DNA from: Macrostomum lignano
Lineage: Eukaryota
Assembly (NCBI GenBank): GCA_002269645.1
Contig: NIVC01003385.1
Span: forward strand, 4,156-68,155
Reading direction: 5' to 3'
Length of the DNA: 64,000 nucleotides
The position numbers and the translations under genes are program-made. The notes beneath the pieces are model-generated. The model made no database searches. It worked only from the letters and a program-made list of their open reading frames with translations, and had not been told where the DNA came from. Shown here piece by piece: positions 1 to 15,619 of this stretch. Positions within the stretch are counted from its first letter, which is position 1. The number at the start of each line of letters is the position of its first letter.

Positions 1-3000
1 TGCTCAAGGTGTTATTTGATCATCTATAATTATGAGAAAAATCAACAAAATGAAAAATATAAAGTTTTGTGCAAAAAATATGACAATAGTCAAATAGAGC
101 AAGGTTGAGACTTGAAATTCACTACACATGTAACTACCAAATTTGAATCATTCTACTCAATTGCTCAACAAAACTTGACTTGAATAGCCTACTCAGCTTG
201 AACTCCCAAGGTTTGGTCAAGTACTCGACTTGACCAAAACCTGAGTTTGTCTGGGCTCTATGCTTTAGTAGTACCAACTTATACTAAACTACAACTTAGG
301 CTAATATAGTAGTGGTAATATCACCTACATTAGATAGGGCCTACTAATAAGAATTAATAAATGTGCCTACTGGCCTATCTATATATTATAGTAATAAATG
401 CACCATTAGCTATCATATACCTAGTTAATAAGCCTGGATGCTGATGGTAGACCTTGATCCCAATCCTAACCAATCCTAAGTCCCAACTTTTTGAATTCAA
501 TCCTATCCAATCAGATTTTTCCTATCCCAGTTGGGCTCTAGTGTTATCACCATTGGATAGGGGTAGGGGTAGGCCAAGGATCACAATAGCCAGCCAATCA
601 CAATCATGTTCAACTACAAACTACTCTGCTTTCTGATTCCCTAACTGTCTAAAGCACAAAACTTTTTTCAATGGATATTTAAATTAAATATAAAGCTTCT
701 TTGAAATGTTGCAATAAACAAAACTATATATACAAAAAAGACATCTCACAATAACTCTTTGCATGACTTGCAATATCTCATTATAAAAAAAGCTTTATAA
801 GCTATATAGCTATACTTTACTTTTTCTTTTTAGAAAGTTGTTTTGTCTACCGGTAGACAAAATGATAATGCACTTATATAATATAGATAGTAGATATAAG
901 CATGCCTACAAAGAATTACTTTAAATTATAGCTTCAAATATGGAAATAGTCATACAATTAGGCCTAGTTTTATTTTTTTATAGAAAAAAACAAAAGCGAA
1001 CAAATTTACATTAAAATGATAAAATAGATCAATAGGATGAAAATAACTAGTTAACAATAATTAGTGTAATTAGTGTAAACTCTTGCCTATTTATTGCTTT
1101 GCTAGGCCTATTATTATGAATATAGCTATGATATACTATGACAAATATAATAAAACATCAGCATTTTTCTTTTAAAAAAAAACATTTTTTCAATCTATTT
1201 AATGTAGCAAGTATATAATTTAATGCCGATTGGCAGAAACCATGCCAACTATTATCAAAGTTTTGGCTATAGATAACAATCAATTTAATAGTTTAGAGTA
1301 AAACTTATTATTGTTTTAAAGGGAGAGCTTAGTTTAGTTTATGATTTCAATGCTTTAATGTTGCATAGATAAAAATGAAAATAATTTTACAATATATTGC
1401 GATAGGCCTAAGTAGTACTTATTTCTAGAATGATAAAACAATTTGGAGCAATATGCAACCAACTAGAGTAGAGTCTTAAAATACTTCTATTCTATCCCCT
1501 TTAAAAGCATTAAATTGTTGCTCTAACAATTAAATTGGTTGTTAGGCCTATCGATGTCCAAGAATTAGTAGCAGTTTACTGCAAGCTGCAGCTGCTATAG
1601 GTCTATGTATATATAGTTTTTTGACTTGCATATTATTAAGTAGACTAGATCAAAAATACTATAATATAAAATAATAGCAGCTAAAAACACAAAAAGCTGT
1701 TTTTATATTGCAGCTTGAGCTAAAGAAATATATTAATTTAAAAGCCATAGTTTGCCTATACTCTAAGTATACCTATAGCCAAAACCCAATTATTATTCAT
1801 TACAGTTACGTTAGCTATAATAATTCATTTCTTAAAATTCAACTCATTTCAATGTCAAATGCTAGTTTTGCTTGAACTAAAGCTACTTGGTTTAATTAAC
1901 TGTATTCAGTTTGAAAATGACTCAGAGCCCCAAACTAATAAAATGCGTTAGTAGTCTTGCCTTCCACTGTTTTGTAGGCCTATGGCTATAGCCTATAATT
2001 AATTTATTTTTTGTTAGTTGTTAAATAATTCATTCAACTTAGATTTTCTCCGAAACGAAATATTTAAATAATTGTCATTCACGAAAACTTACGATGTCAC
2101 GAGCAAACTAACCTGCAGAGCTCAAATGTGCTTGTTGTCGTCTGTATACGGGTACATATGGATAGTTGATGCCTTCAATGCCAAAGGCAATTTTTTTATT
2201 TCGTAATCAGTCTATACTTTAAAAAGTACTTGCGAAGCATGCTACTTATGGCTGTCGTCTGTACTATTTTGACCCTGCAGGGCCAGGCGGTATGCAACCA
2301 GGCGGTATGGCTGGTATGCAAACCAGCCATAATACATGTACATGTGTCTGTAATTGAGTGGCTGCGGCTAGAATCACAGGATTTAGATTTAATTATAGTA
2401 CTTTTAGTGAGACTAAAGTGTCTTTAACAACGCCTAATGACACTATTCATAAAATATAAGAGCACGCAAACCCTTTTTCCTTTGCTTTTACATGTAATTT
2501 TAATTTTAGGACCAAAAATTTGAACCGAAAAATTCATGAAAAGTGAATTATGAAACGATTCGATCCAGTAATTATTTTTTATTCACGAATTTTGTAGAAT
2601 CGAGCTTGTTAGAGGATCATATAGTTATTAAATTGGATACGTCTCAGGGCATTATTAAAAATACAATAACGTAAAAATAACGTAATTAAAAATTACTTTA
2701 TTATATTATAGAGACGTCGCGTAATGCAAAAGTATAACTTCCTTGTTTATCAATGCCGCATGACGTCGAAGCGGCTGACGATGTTTTCTTCGAAATACGT
2801 GTCGATTTGTTGTTAGCTGTAATGTACAACAAAGTAAAGCAATTAACCATGAGCAAACGTACTAGATCTAAAATTAAATTGTTAACGTTTTATTTAATGC
2901 ACGCGGTTTTGCCGTTAAACTATACATGTAATGTACATGTAGAGCGCACGATATAGCATATAAATTAAAATATTATTTTATTATGTAAGCTACTATACTC

Positions 3001-4984
3001 TTACTCATGTAATAAACATTTTACGTGCTAAACATACATTCTGCAGTGTACTGTACGACGTACAGTACATACGAGTAATAAAAGTATTTTAATTGCCTGT
3101 AGTTGATCAATACTGGATAACTTACAGTGTACAGAATTTCAGTGGCTTTCCTTTTCTAGCAGAATCAGGCTGTGGTGCCCATTTATAGCTTTTCAAAATA
3201 ACAAATTTGCTCCTGCTCCAAAATGGTTCTGCGTGTTCCTGCATACATGTAACATATGTACGCACTGTGGGAAAGTTGAATTTACAAGTAGAGTTCTGCG
3301 TGTATACAGTGAATTTTCTGTTCTGTTCGCATATAAAGACAACATGAAGTGAGTTGTATAGAATTGTTGTTTGAGTGAAACCAGATACCAAAGATGATTT
3401 AGGACCCCTAGCTGCAAAACTATAAGATGCAGCATGCAGCGTGCGCAGCATTTGCTACAATAAGTGTTGATTCGTAACAACGTTAACAGAACTAACAGAA
3501 ACCAGAAACCTTATATATGCGAAGCAAATTCGATATGGTCTCCCCAAAAATAGTTCCCTTTAGCCGGCAGAACTTTTCGTCCATTTTGGAGGCAACTACA
3601 TTCACACCACGCGAGGCTCTCAAATTACAATGATTCATATATGCCTTTTGCGCTGCCGCAAGCTTGTATACTCGTAATATAGCTATTACTATATAATAAC
3701 TGATAGGTACTATAGCTGAGATGATGGCAGCTGGATGGCGGGGTGGGACTTGCTCACCTCAAAGAACTCAGCCTGCACTCAAACAGAATTTTTATACACC
3801 CAGAATATAGGGCACATGTGCCGTATAGCATTTAATATTAGCGATAAGAGTTCTGCAGCCCACACTGCGGTGCATATTCTACTCATATTCTCTACTTGAA
3901 TTTCTTCTGTCCTCTTCGCCATGCAACCAAAGCAGCACGCTACTTCATTCATTCATTCATTCATTCATAATTGCCCCGACTCCATTCAGCTCACTCTGCT
4001 CTGCAGTTCCAAATAATAGCCCTGGCTGAGGGGCGGGGTTGGCCGCCGCAGCCCCCCCTTCCCCAGCAAAAGAAGCTTGGCTCTCGATCGGCTGCTGCTG
4101 GGTAAGAAAATCGTCGCTGCCAGCGCTCTCTGAGTGGCCGCGGCTGCCTTTTTTTGAACGCTGTAAGAAAAGGAACTAGGAGAGCAGAAAAACGTGTAAT
4201 TTGGTCGACAGAGGCTGGCTAGCGCCTTTTCTTTACAATATTATATTCGGTAATTAAGGAGCAATCGGCAACACGCAACTGCTGCGCGTCCCAGTTCAAG
4301 CGAACGGCCGACGTCGCAGCTGAGAGAGAAAGAGAGAGAGAGAGGTTCTGCCGAATGTCTACGGCAACAACGTCGAGGTCGACTACGGGCCTCTGGTGGC
4401 GCTGCTGGCTGCAGACTTGCGTGTCTCGGCCCCCAACAGCGGGTAATTGCATTGGCACTGTATTATGCAATATTACAATAATTGTTAGGATTCGCAGGCT
4501 GAATTAAAAAAAAATCGCTTCAAAAGTTTGGAAAGTTATTCACTTCAATAAACAGCTAGTCAAATAATTTTCTCATGAAAACGCAACAAGTCACAGAAAT
4601 CATGTGACAGAAGCGCAATTTCCCCTAACAGTCTTCAGTTGCACTTTTTATTGTTTACTCATAATACACTGGAAATACGGAAACCTATCATTGTGAAGCA
4701 TAGAAATGCATAGAAACACTACAAGTTGCTGGCCTGGTTGCTGCATCCAGCAATTTGAAATTGTGCTTACATTGCGAAGAAACATGCGTGTAGGCGTTGA
4801 CATAAGCATTCAAAAAAGGCAAAATCCTGATAGGAAAATCTGCAACTGTTCTAAATTAAACATGTTAGACTAGTCTGTTAGTGGTAGGGCGACACTGCAT
4901 GGAAGTGGTAGAGTAGGCCAGTACTACCTGGCATGATAAAACTCGGAAGGTCTTGAAAATGATAGGATGAAAGCCCAATTCTGA

Positions 4985-5190
4985 AGTGGTGAGGTGACAC
5001 AGTGTTGAGGTGACACAGTGTTGAGATGACACAGTGATGAGGTGACACAGGGTGAGGTGACACAGTGATGAGGTGACACAGTGGTGAGGTGACACAGTGG
5101 TGAGGTGACACAGTGTTGAGGTGACACAGTTTTGAGGTGACACAGTTTTGAGGTGACACAGTGGTGAGGTGACACAGTGTTGAGGTGACA
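4985..5190. repeat. Minisatellite, ~20-21-bp unit (GAGGTGACACAGTG-core), ~10 copies
   Basis: Tandem units visible directly; they explain the repetitive ORFs 4865-5471 (-). Confidence 0.9.
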
Positions 5191-5413
5191 GTGTTCAGAC
5201 GAGTGTTTGGAAGTGGAAGCCACCTCGAGTTAAGTTTATTCACCGACCTTCCTTGGACAACTGTGCTATCCTCAAAACCTGTTGGAATCAATTCGATCCA
5301 CCCATCCAGCAGACGAGCAGACAGTCCAGGCCGACTGTCTAGAAGCTTCAACAGCCGCGGCAACTGCCGGTTCATCATCGGCGACGTCTCTGACACATGA
5401 GCAGCCGTGGGAG

Positions 5414-8976
<3,563 letters not shown>

Positions 8977-9533
8977 ATTGCAAATTTATGCAACTACACC
9001 TGAAAAATCTGCAATAGGACAGTTTTCATTAATTTTAATTTGCTTTTGGCATGCTAGATTTAGTTCTCATCAAGTCCAGTTTATTTTGCTGCTCAATGCA
9101 ATCGCTATAGGTGAGCTATTCATTTCAACTGGAGGCAGGTAAGAAACGACTATAATCCCTGTAATCCAGTTTTTATTGCGGCTCGGATAAGGGGCCGGGT
9201 TCACCGACACTATGCAAGACCGACATTTAACAAATCCGACATTTTACAACCACCTCCATTTTGTGACTATTAAGTCTACGCGTCATTTATGCTTGAATTC
9301 ATATTTTACTTGATTCCAAGTTTAAACATCAGTATTTAGTGCATCTTCCAAATTTGTTAAAAATATGCCTAGTAGGCATCTGTTAAAAAATATGGCTACC
9401 ATATGCATCTGTTGCCATGTATAAAAACTGCTTGCCAAAACTTGCTTGAGTCATGGGGTTCATTGTTGAGTCCAAATTAGACTATCATTTTTTCTCTGTT
9501 CCATTTTTTGCTGACTTAAATTTGTTTCCGAAT

Positions 9534-9653
9534 TTAATTATTAATTACAAAACGATTGGTTCTGCAAGGATGTTGAAAAGCTTTTTCATCAACCATGCAA
9601 TTGAGTATGCGAATGAGAACGGAAGAGACAAGAGTAAAGAATAATTCAGTAAG
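9534..9653 (-). CDS. Candidate last exon of the tetraspanin (end of TM4 plus C-tail)
   Basis: After an AG at 9655-9654 the phase-0 frame reads LTELFFTLVSSVLIRILNC...*, a hydrophobic stretch with a polar E as in tetraspanin TM4. The acceptor is weak, and an alternative exon near 10130 (LLLIGNW...) is not excluded. Confidence 0.35.
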   Translation of the reverse strand, partial: LTELFFTLVSSVLIRILNCMVDEKAFQHPCRTNRFVINN

Positions 9654-9771
9654 CTGACACCACATGGCATGACAAACGTTACATTATACGAGCTCAGCCG
9701 AGACAAAAAGGGTTTCATTTGATAACATAATATGACATGAGAGGACATAAGATGAGATGAGGCATGAAATT

Positions 9772-10021
9772 AGAGGAGGAGAGGAGAGGAGAGGAGAGGA
9801 GAGGAGAGGAGAGGAGAGGAGAGGAGAGGAGAGGAGAGGAGAGGAGAGGAGAGGAGAGGAGAGGAGAGGAGAGGAGAGAGAGGAGAGGAGAGGAGAGGAG
9901 AGGAGAGGAGAGAGGAGAGGAGAGGAGAGGAGAGGAGAGGAGAGGAGAGGAGAGGAGAGGAGAGGAGAGGAGAGGAGAGGAGAGGAGAGGAGAGGAGAGG
10001 AAAGGGAGGAGAGGAGAGGAG
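9772..10021. repeat. (GAGAG)n microsatellite
   Basis: Seen directly. Confidence 0.97.
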
Positions 10022-10475
10022 ACAAAATGAGTCGCGCAGCAGCATTGAAAAAGTACAGCAAATTGCGTGCCCTATCCACTGTACTTTAAACTGTGACCGT
10101 TTGCACACCAGTTCCCGATGAGCAAGAGCTATTAGAATGGAGTGTTTATTTAAAACAGTGTTTGCAAATTTGGAAGTTTGGAAGGTGTGTGCAAATTTCC
10201 ATTCAAGAAGCGGATCATTAAACTCAGAAGATTGCCACCGTACAAAAAATACCAATTCAACATGCCAGAAAGAAAGTGTTAAAAACCCGAGTTATATAAT
10301 TTTCTCGTCAATCTGAGACAGACCAGCTTGTTTAGCCGCAGAATAGGACACTGAATGCCAGGCTGAGGTTGCACGACTGAAAGTTGAAAAAATGGAGTTC
10401 CAAATTTCTACTTAACAGTAGTAAAACGATGTTTTCTTCTAAAAAAACGCCGTCAATGCAAACGAATTTGCTGTA

Positions 10476-11598
10476 TTAGGGGTTGGTAAGTTTTTTTCAC
10501 ATCAATAACCAGACAAGGAATCCAGCGCATGGCTGCGAGTGTGATGAGAGTAGAAAGGAGAGGGAATGGAGGATAAAAGATAAAAGGCATAAGAGGCGAG
10601 GGACGGGATAAGAGAAAAAATAGGAAGATAAGAGGATAGAAGAGCGGAGAGAGGAGAAAGAGAAAAGGTAAAGGGAAAGGGAGGAGATGGGGGAGAGGAT
10701 AGAAAGGAGAGGGGAGAGAGGAGAGGGGAGAGAGCAGAGGGGAGAGAGGAGATGGGGGAGCGGAGAGGGGAGAGAGGAGAGAGCAGAGGGAGAGAGTGGA
10801 GATGCAGTAGAAGAGAGGAGAGGGAAGAAGAGAAAGAGAATATGGGAGAGGACGTGAGAGCGGAGGAGAGACAGAGGAGAAGAGAGAGAGGAGGAGAGAG
10901 GAGGAGGAGAGAGAGGAGGAGGAGGAGAGAGAGAGGAGGAGAGAGAGGAGGAGAGAGAGAGAGGAGAGAGAGGAGGAGAGAGAGAGAGAGAGGAGAGAGA
11001 GAGGAGGAGAGAGAGATGAGGAGAGAGAGAAGAGGAGAGAGAGAGATGAGGAGAGAGAGAGGAGGAGAGAGAGAAGAGGAGAGAGAGAGATGAGAAGAGA
11101 GAGAGGAGGAGGGAGAGAAGAGGAGAGAGAGAGAAGGAGAGAGAGAGGAGGAGAGAGAGAGGAGCACAGAGAGAGGGGGAGAAAAGAGTAGAGAGAGAGA
11201 GAAGGAGAGAGAGAGGAGGAGAGAGAGAGAAGGAGAGAGAGAGGAGGAGAGAGAGAGGAGGAGAGAGAGAGAAGGAGAGAGAGAGGAGGAGAGAGAGAGG
11301 AGGAGAGAGAGAGGAGGAGAGAGAGAGGAGGAGAGAGAGAGAGAAGGAGAGAGAGAGGAGGAGAGAGAGGAGGAGAGAGAGGGGGGGAGAGAAGAGTAGA
11401 GAGAGAGAAGGAGAGAGAGAGGAGGAGAGTGAGAGAAGGAGAGAGAGAGGAGGAGAGAGAGAGGAGGAGAGAGAGAGGGGGAGAGAAGAGGAGAGAGAGA
11501 GGAGAGAGAGAGAGGAGGAGAGAGAGAGAGGAGAGAGAGAGGAGGAGAGAGAGAGGAGGAGAGAGAGAGGGGGGAGAGAAGAGGAGAGAGGGAGAGAG

Positions 11599-11648
<50 letters not shown>

Positions 11649-11677
11649 CTTTGCGGCCCGGAGCTTGCCGGCCCCTG
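10476..11677. mobile_element. Degenerate non-autonomous hAT-like element with an expanded GA-rich interior
   Basis: Left end TAGGGGTTGGTAAG and right end GCTTGCCGGCCCCTG resemble the TIR of the 12189-12953 copy, and the GA-rich interiors share sequence. No TSD seen. Confidence 0.45.
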
Positions 11678-11727
11678 AACTACTCGCAAAAGGCAGGTTG
11701 GCATGAAGCTTCATTCAGCAGCTTTAC

Positions 11728-14700
11728 CATAAACAGGCCGATGATCACCCAGCAATGAGGATCGCGGCAGAATAGCCCTTAAGAATTTGAACGATCTTCT
11801 TGTAGCAGGTCTGCAAAACAATAAAATAAATCGAGATGTACTTTTTAATGATTACAATGATACCGGCTCAGAGCTGCTACCCAATCACAGCTAGCAGGGT
11901 GTGCTAGAGCTCAGAGCGGCTACCCAATCACAGCAGGGCTAGGACTGTATATCCTAGACACACAATACTCTTTCATGAGCTCTTACCTGTGTGTGAACTC
12001 CGGGGCCATTGTGCGGAGAGAACGGACAGTCCGGATCTTTCATGTTCGCCACGAGTTCTTTCGGTTTGAGCTTGAAAATCGCCTCCTGTGTGAGAATAGT
12101 TTCCGTTAAATTAGTGCTTAGCTTGCATCAGTATAACCATACTGATTTTCTGGGATACATTACTCAAGCCAACTAAGATTATACATGCCTGGGGTCGGCA
12201 AACTCCGGCCGCGAAGCCTCTATATCCGGTTCTCGGGTCCTTTGGAAACTTCACAAATAGCAATCGTTTTAGCAGTCTTTGTCTCAAGGGCCAGATGATA
12301 GAGGAAAGGAGAGGGAATAGATGATGAGAAATAAATGTAGGAGATAAGAGGAGAAATGAGAGACGGGATGAGAGAAGAGATAAGGGATAAGAGAAAAGAT
12401 AAGATAAGAGAAGGTGAGAGAGAAAGGAGAGGGGAAGAGAAGAGGGAAAGAAGAGAGAGGAGCTTGGAGAGAGAAGAGAGGAAAGAGGAGAGACGAGGGG
12501 GAGAGGGGAGAGGGGAGAGGGGAGAGGGGAGAGAAGAGAGAGGAGAGAAGAGAGAAGAGAGTGGAAAGATAAGAGAGGAGCGGGGAGAGAGGAGCGGGGA
12601 GAGAGGAGCGGGGAGAGAGGAGCGGGGAGAGAGGAGCGGGGAGAGAGGAGCGGGGAGAGAGGAGCGGGGAGAGAGGAGCGGGGAGAGAGGAGCGGGGAGA
12701 GAGGAGCGGGGAGAGAGGAGCGGGGAGAGAGGAGCGGGGAGAGAGTAGCGGGGAGAGAGGAGCGGGGAGAGAGGAGGAGCAGGGAGAGAGGAGGCGAAAG
12801 ACGTGGAGAGAAGAGAGCAGAGAAGAGAAAAAGAGCTGAGAAGAGACTTAAGCCTTGAGCGAGACAGATTGCTATTGTGAAGTTTCAAAAGACCCGTATA
12901 GAGAGGCCTCGTGGGCCAAGTTTGACCCGCGGGCCGGAGTTTGCCGACCCCTGACGTTACTCGTAGGTCAAGGGCCTCACCTGGTCCTTAAACTGGCAGC
13001 ACGAGATGGGCGTCAGCAGCACCAGGGTGTCCTCGAAGAACTGTCGAATAGCCGAGACATTTTTTAAAATGTTCAAGTCTGTGATGTTGAAATCTTTAGG
13101 GATCACCAGGCCGTCTGGAATCTTGTCGGGCAAGTTCACATTCGGGGGCAGCGTGGCTCCGGGCGGGATGCGGTTCCTGCGGGTTCCGGGTGCCGGCTAT
13201 GTGATAAACTCACCCATGAACCACCCGGGTGTCACTGTTGACTACGAGTATAGATTTCATTCACTATGGCAGTCACTCACGAACTCACCAATTCACGATT
13301 TAGGGGATGCTTGCTATCTAGGGATGCTTGCTATCTGGGGGATGCTTGCTATCTGGGGGATGCTTGCTATCTGGGGGATGCTTGCTATCTGGGGGATGCT
13401 TGCTATCTGGGGGATGCTTGCTATCTGGGGATGCTTGCTATCTTGGGGATGCTTGCTATCTGGGGGATGCTTGCTATCTGGGGGATGCTTGCTATCTGGG
13501 GGATGCTTGCTATCTGGGGGATGCTTGCTATCTTGGGGATGCTTGCTATCTTGGGGATGCTTGCTATCTGGGGGATGCTTGCTATCTGGGGGATGCTTGC
13601 TATCTGGGGGATGCTTGCTATCTGGGGGATGCTTGCTATCTGGGGGATGCTTGCTATCTGGGGGATGCTTGCTATCTGGGGGATGCTTGCTATCTGGGGG
13701 ATGCTTGCTATCTGGGGGATGCTTGCTATCTGGGGGATGCTTGCTTTTTGGGGGATGCTTGCTTTTTGGGGGATGCTTGATATCTGGGGGGGGGGGATGC
13801 TTGCGGACTTGGGGGATGCTTTCGATTTAGAGGGAATGCCTGTTATCTTTGTGAGGGCTATATTTTTTGTGTCTGTTTATTACTTTTAGAAGTAAGATTA
13901 TTACTTTTAGAAGCAAGATTATTACTTTTAGAAGCAAGAGATTCATAGCAAGCATCTTTGTCCGTGACAATTTTACTTGAATAAAGTGATTTATAAAACT
14001 GAAGAAGCAATTGGTTCTTAAGAAAATGTGCTTTTTTAATGGATTGCTTGAATAATTTTTGCTCCTTGCTTATTGAGCGCCCCGAAGTGGGGCACTAGAT
14101 TGCTAGTCACGAAGTCACTCACTACTCAACAACAACAAGATACGCTGTCTGTTGGTGACAGTCAGGCAGGGCCTCGGACTGCAGGACTGACCTCACAGTA
14201 CGATCCTAGTGGACGCTGCATGTGGGAACCAGACCAACTACTGACAATGCGGAAACTTTGTCACCTGTCATTCGGGCCTCACTACTCAAACCTACTCACT
14301 TGAGCTCTTACTCATTCTCTCAGTCATCAAAAAGCCGCACACTCGCAGGCAACTCACTTTAGCCAGTCTGGCACAGTGCTAGACGAACTCTTCCCGGTAT
14401 CATCGCTCATGACGCCTTTAAACATGCCGGAAATGCCCGAGCTCTCGTCTTTAGAGTTGTTTTTGTCCAATTTAAGCAGCTCGGCAAGGCCACGGTTGGA
14501 GGATTGCCAACTGGAACTGTTTCGAATGTCGCCGACCTCGCGGGCGCCGCAACAGCCAAGCTGCAAAGTAATTTTGAGTCAGTAAAAACGGACGAGAATT
14601 GTATTGCAACATATTTTTACCAAGGCAAAATTAGCCCCATTGTCCCACAGTTGCTCTCCACTAATGTACATATAACCCCAATTTACATTGTACGTATATA

Positions 14701-15518
14701 TCCTACGTGGATTTTAGTAGATAACGCTTTGTTTTCAAATACTTCAAAAAGACCATGTCGTGCGATTCACGCTAATGACGGCCAGCTATGCATATGCGCA
14801 TCATGCCTGACGCATGTGTTCGCGCATCATGCCTGACGCATGCAGAATAACCCGTCGGATTCATTTGGCGCAACTCGCAAGTTGTTTAACTGGTGAAGAC
14901 TGGTATTCAGCGCTATGCAGAATAACAAATATTAACAAAATACGTTTACATTTGGAATTCAGTACTTGAAATTTCTAGTAATTTTAGTGAATAGGGGCTG
15001 TAGCCTAGTGGTTTGAGCGTCGGACTCACGACTGCAAGGTCGGGGGTTCGATTCTCGACCCACTCCCCAACAATTTGTGTCCTTGAGCAAGACACTTCGC
15101 TCGTAACTCTGCATTGCTTCAGTTCACCCAGCTGTAAAATGGGTGCCAGCATTAGCTGGGGTAATTGAGGCTGTGTGTGGCGACCCCCCAGTCCTTGGAC
15201 TGAACAGCCGTACGCAGCCTTCAGATGCGCCGCGCAATAGCGGCCCATCTGGCCCATTAGGGCAGGTGTAATCAATTATTATTGTTATTATTATTAGTGC
15301 ACAGAGCTCACCATAACTTGCAGCACATTGATGAACACGGTAACGAAGGCCCCATCGCTGGCTTTGTTGTTCAGTAGGTCAACAACAGAGTAGAACTTCT
15401 TCTCCTGAGCCTCGGCCATTTTGTCCGTCAGCTTTCGGCCAATAATTGAATCTTCGTCCAACAGTAGCAGGAAAATGACTACGAACAGAGTCAGCATTAG
15501 GCATTGAGCCAAAATGTA
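11728..15518 (-). CDS. Tetraspanin with enlarged EC2; exons 15518-15312, 14560-14358, 13176-12981, 12085-11987, 11810-11728 (5' exons not located; 1-nt frameshift in the last listed exon)
   Basis: TM3 YILAQCLMLTLFVVIFLLLL, then LQVM|LGCCG (CCG motif), TPISCC (PxxCC), DPDCP, TCYKKI, then TM4 AAILIAG-VIIGLFM. Canonical GT-AG sites give matching phases (0,2,0,0). Introns just before TM3 and just before CCG are typical of tetraspanin genes. Confidence 0.8.
12189..12953. mobile_element. Non-autonomous hAT-like element (MITE) with GA-rich interior
   Basis: 22-bp TIR C(T/A)GGGGTCGGCAAACTCCGGCC with one mismatch, a hAT-type end. No 8-bp TSD preserved. Confidence 0.65.
13305..13815. repeat. 18-bp minisatellite (GGGATGCTTGCTATCTGG)
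   Basis: More than 25 tandem units in a tetraspanin intron; gives the GDACYL/GMLAIW ORFs. Confidence 0.97.
14994..15296 (+). mobile_element. tRNA-derived SINE with CORE-like domain
   Basis: A box TAGCCTAGTGG, B box GGTTCGATTC, central GTGTCCTTGAGCAAGACACTT...CACCCAGCTGTAAAATGGG (MIR/CORE-like), and an (ATT)n tail. Confidence 0.85.
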
Positions 15519-15619
15519 CTGAAATTTGAGTACGGATATTTGTTTAAATAAATTTTGTAAAATAAAATAAAAGATTTAAAATCATTTTGTATGTGAGTCT
15601 AGGTGAAGACACACTGTAA

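Noticed and set aside
1-3500. AT-rich region with many TAGGCCTA palindromes and short ORFs (similar composition at 62700-64000)
   Set aside because: No coding motif, termini or TSD could be defined; probably decayed TE or intergenic DNA.
4260-4442. Exon-like segment ending in a GTAATT donor upstream of Nck
   Set aside because: It has no SH3 signature and no phase-consistent open link to the 5414 exon; it may be 5' UTR.
9684-12888. Long Ser/Leu-rich and Glu/Arg-rich ORFs
   Set aside because: They arise from GA-rich low-complexity tracts in tetraspanin introns.
14994-15070. Possible tRNA gene
   Set aside because: A and B boxes are present, but they continue into a CORE-like body and an (ATT)n tail, so it is a SINE head.
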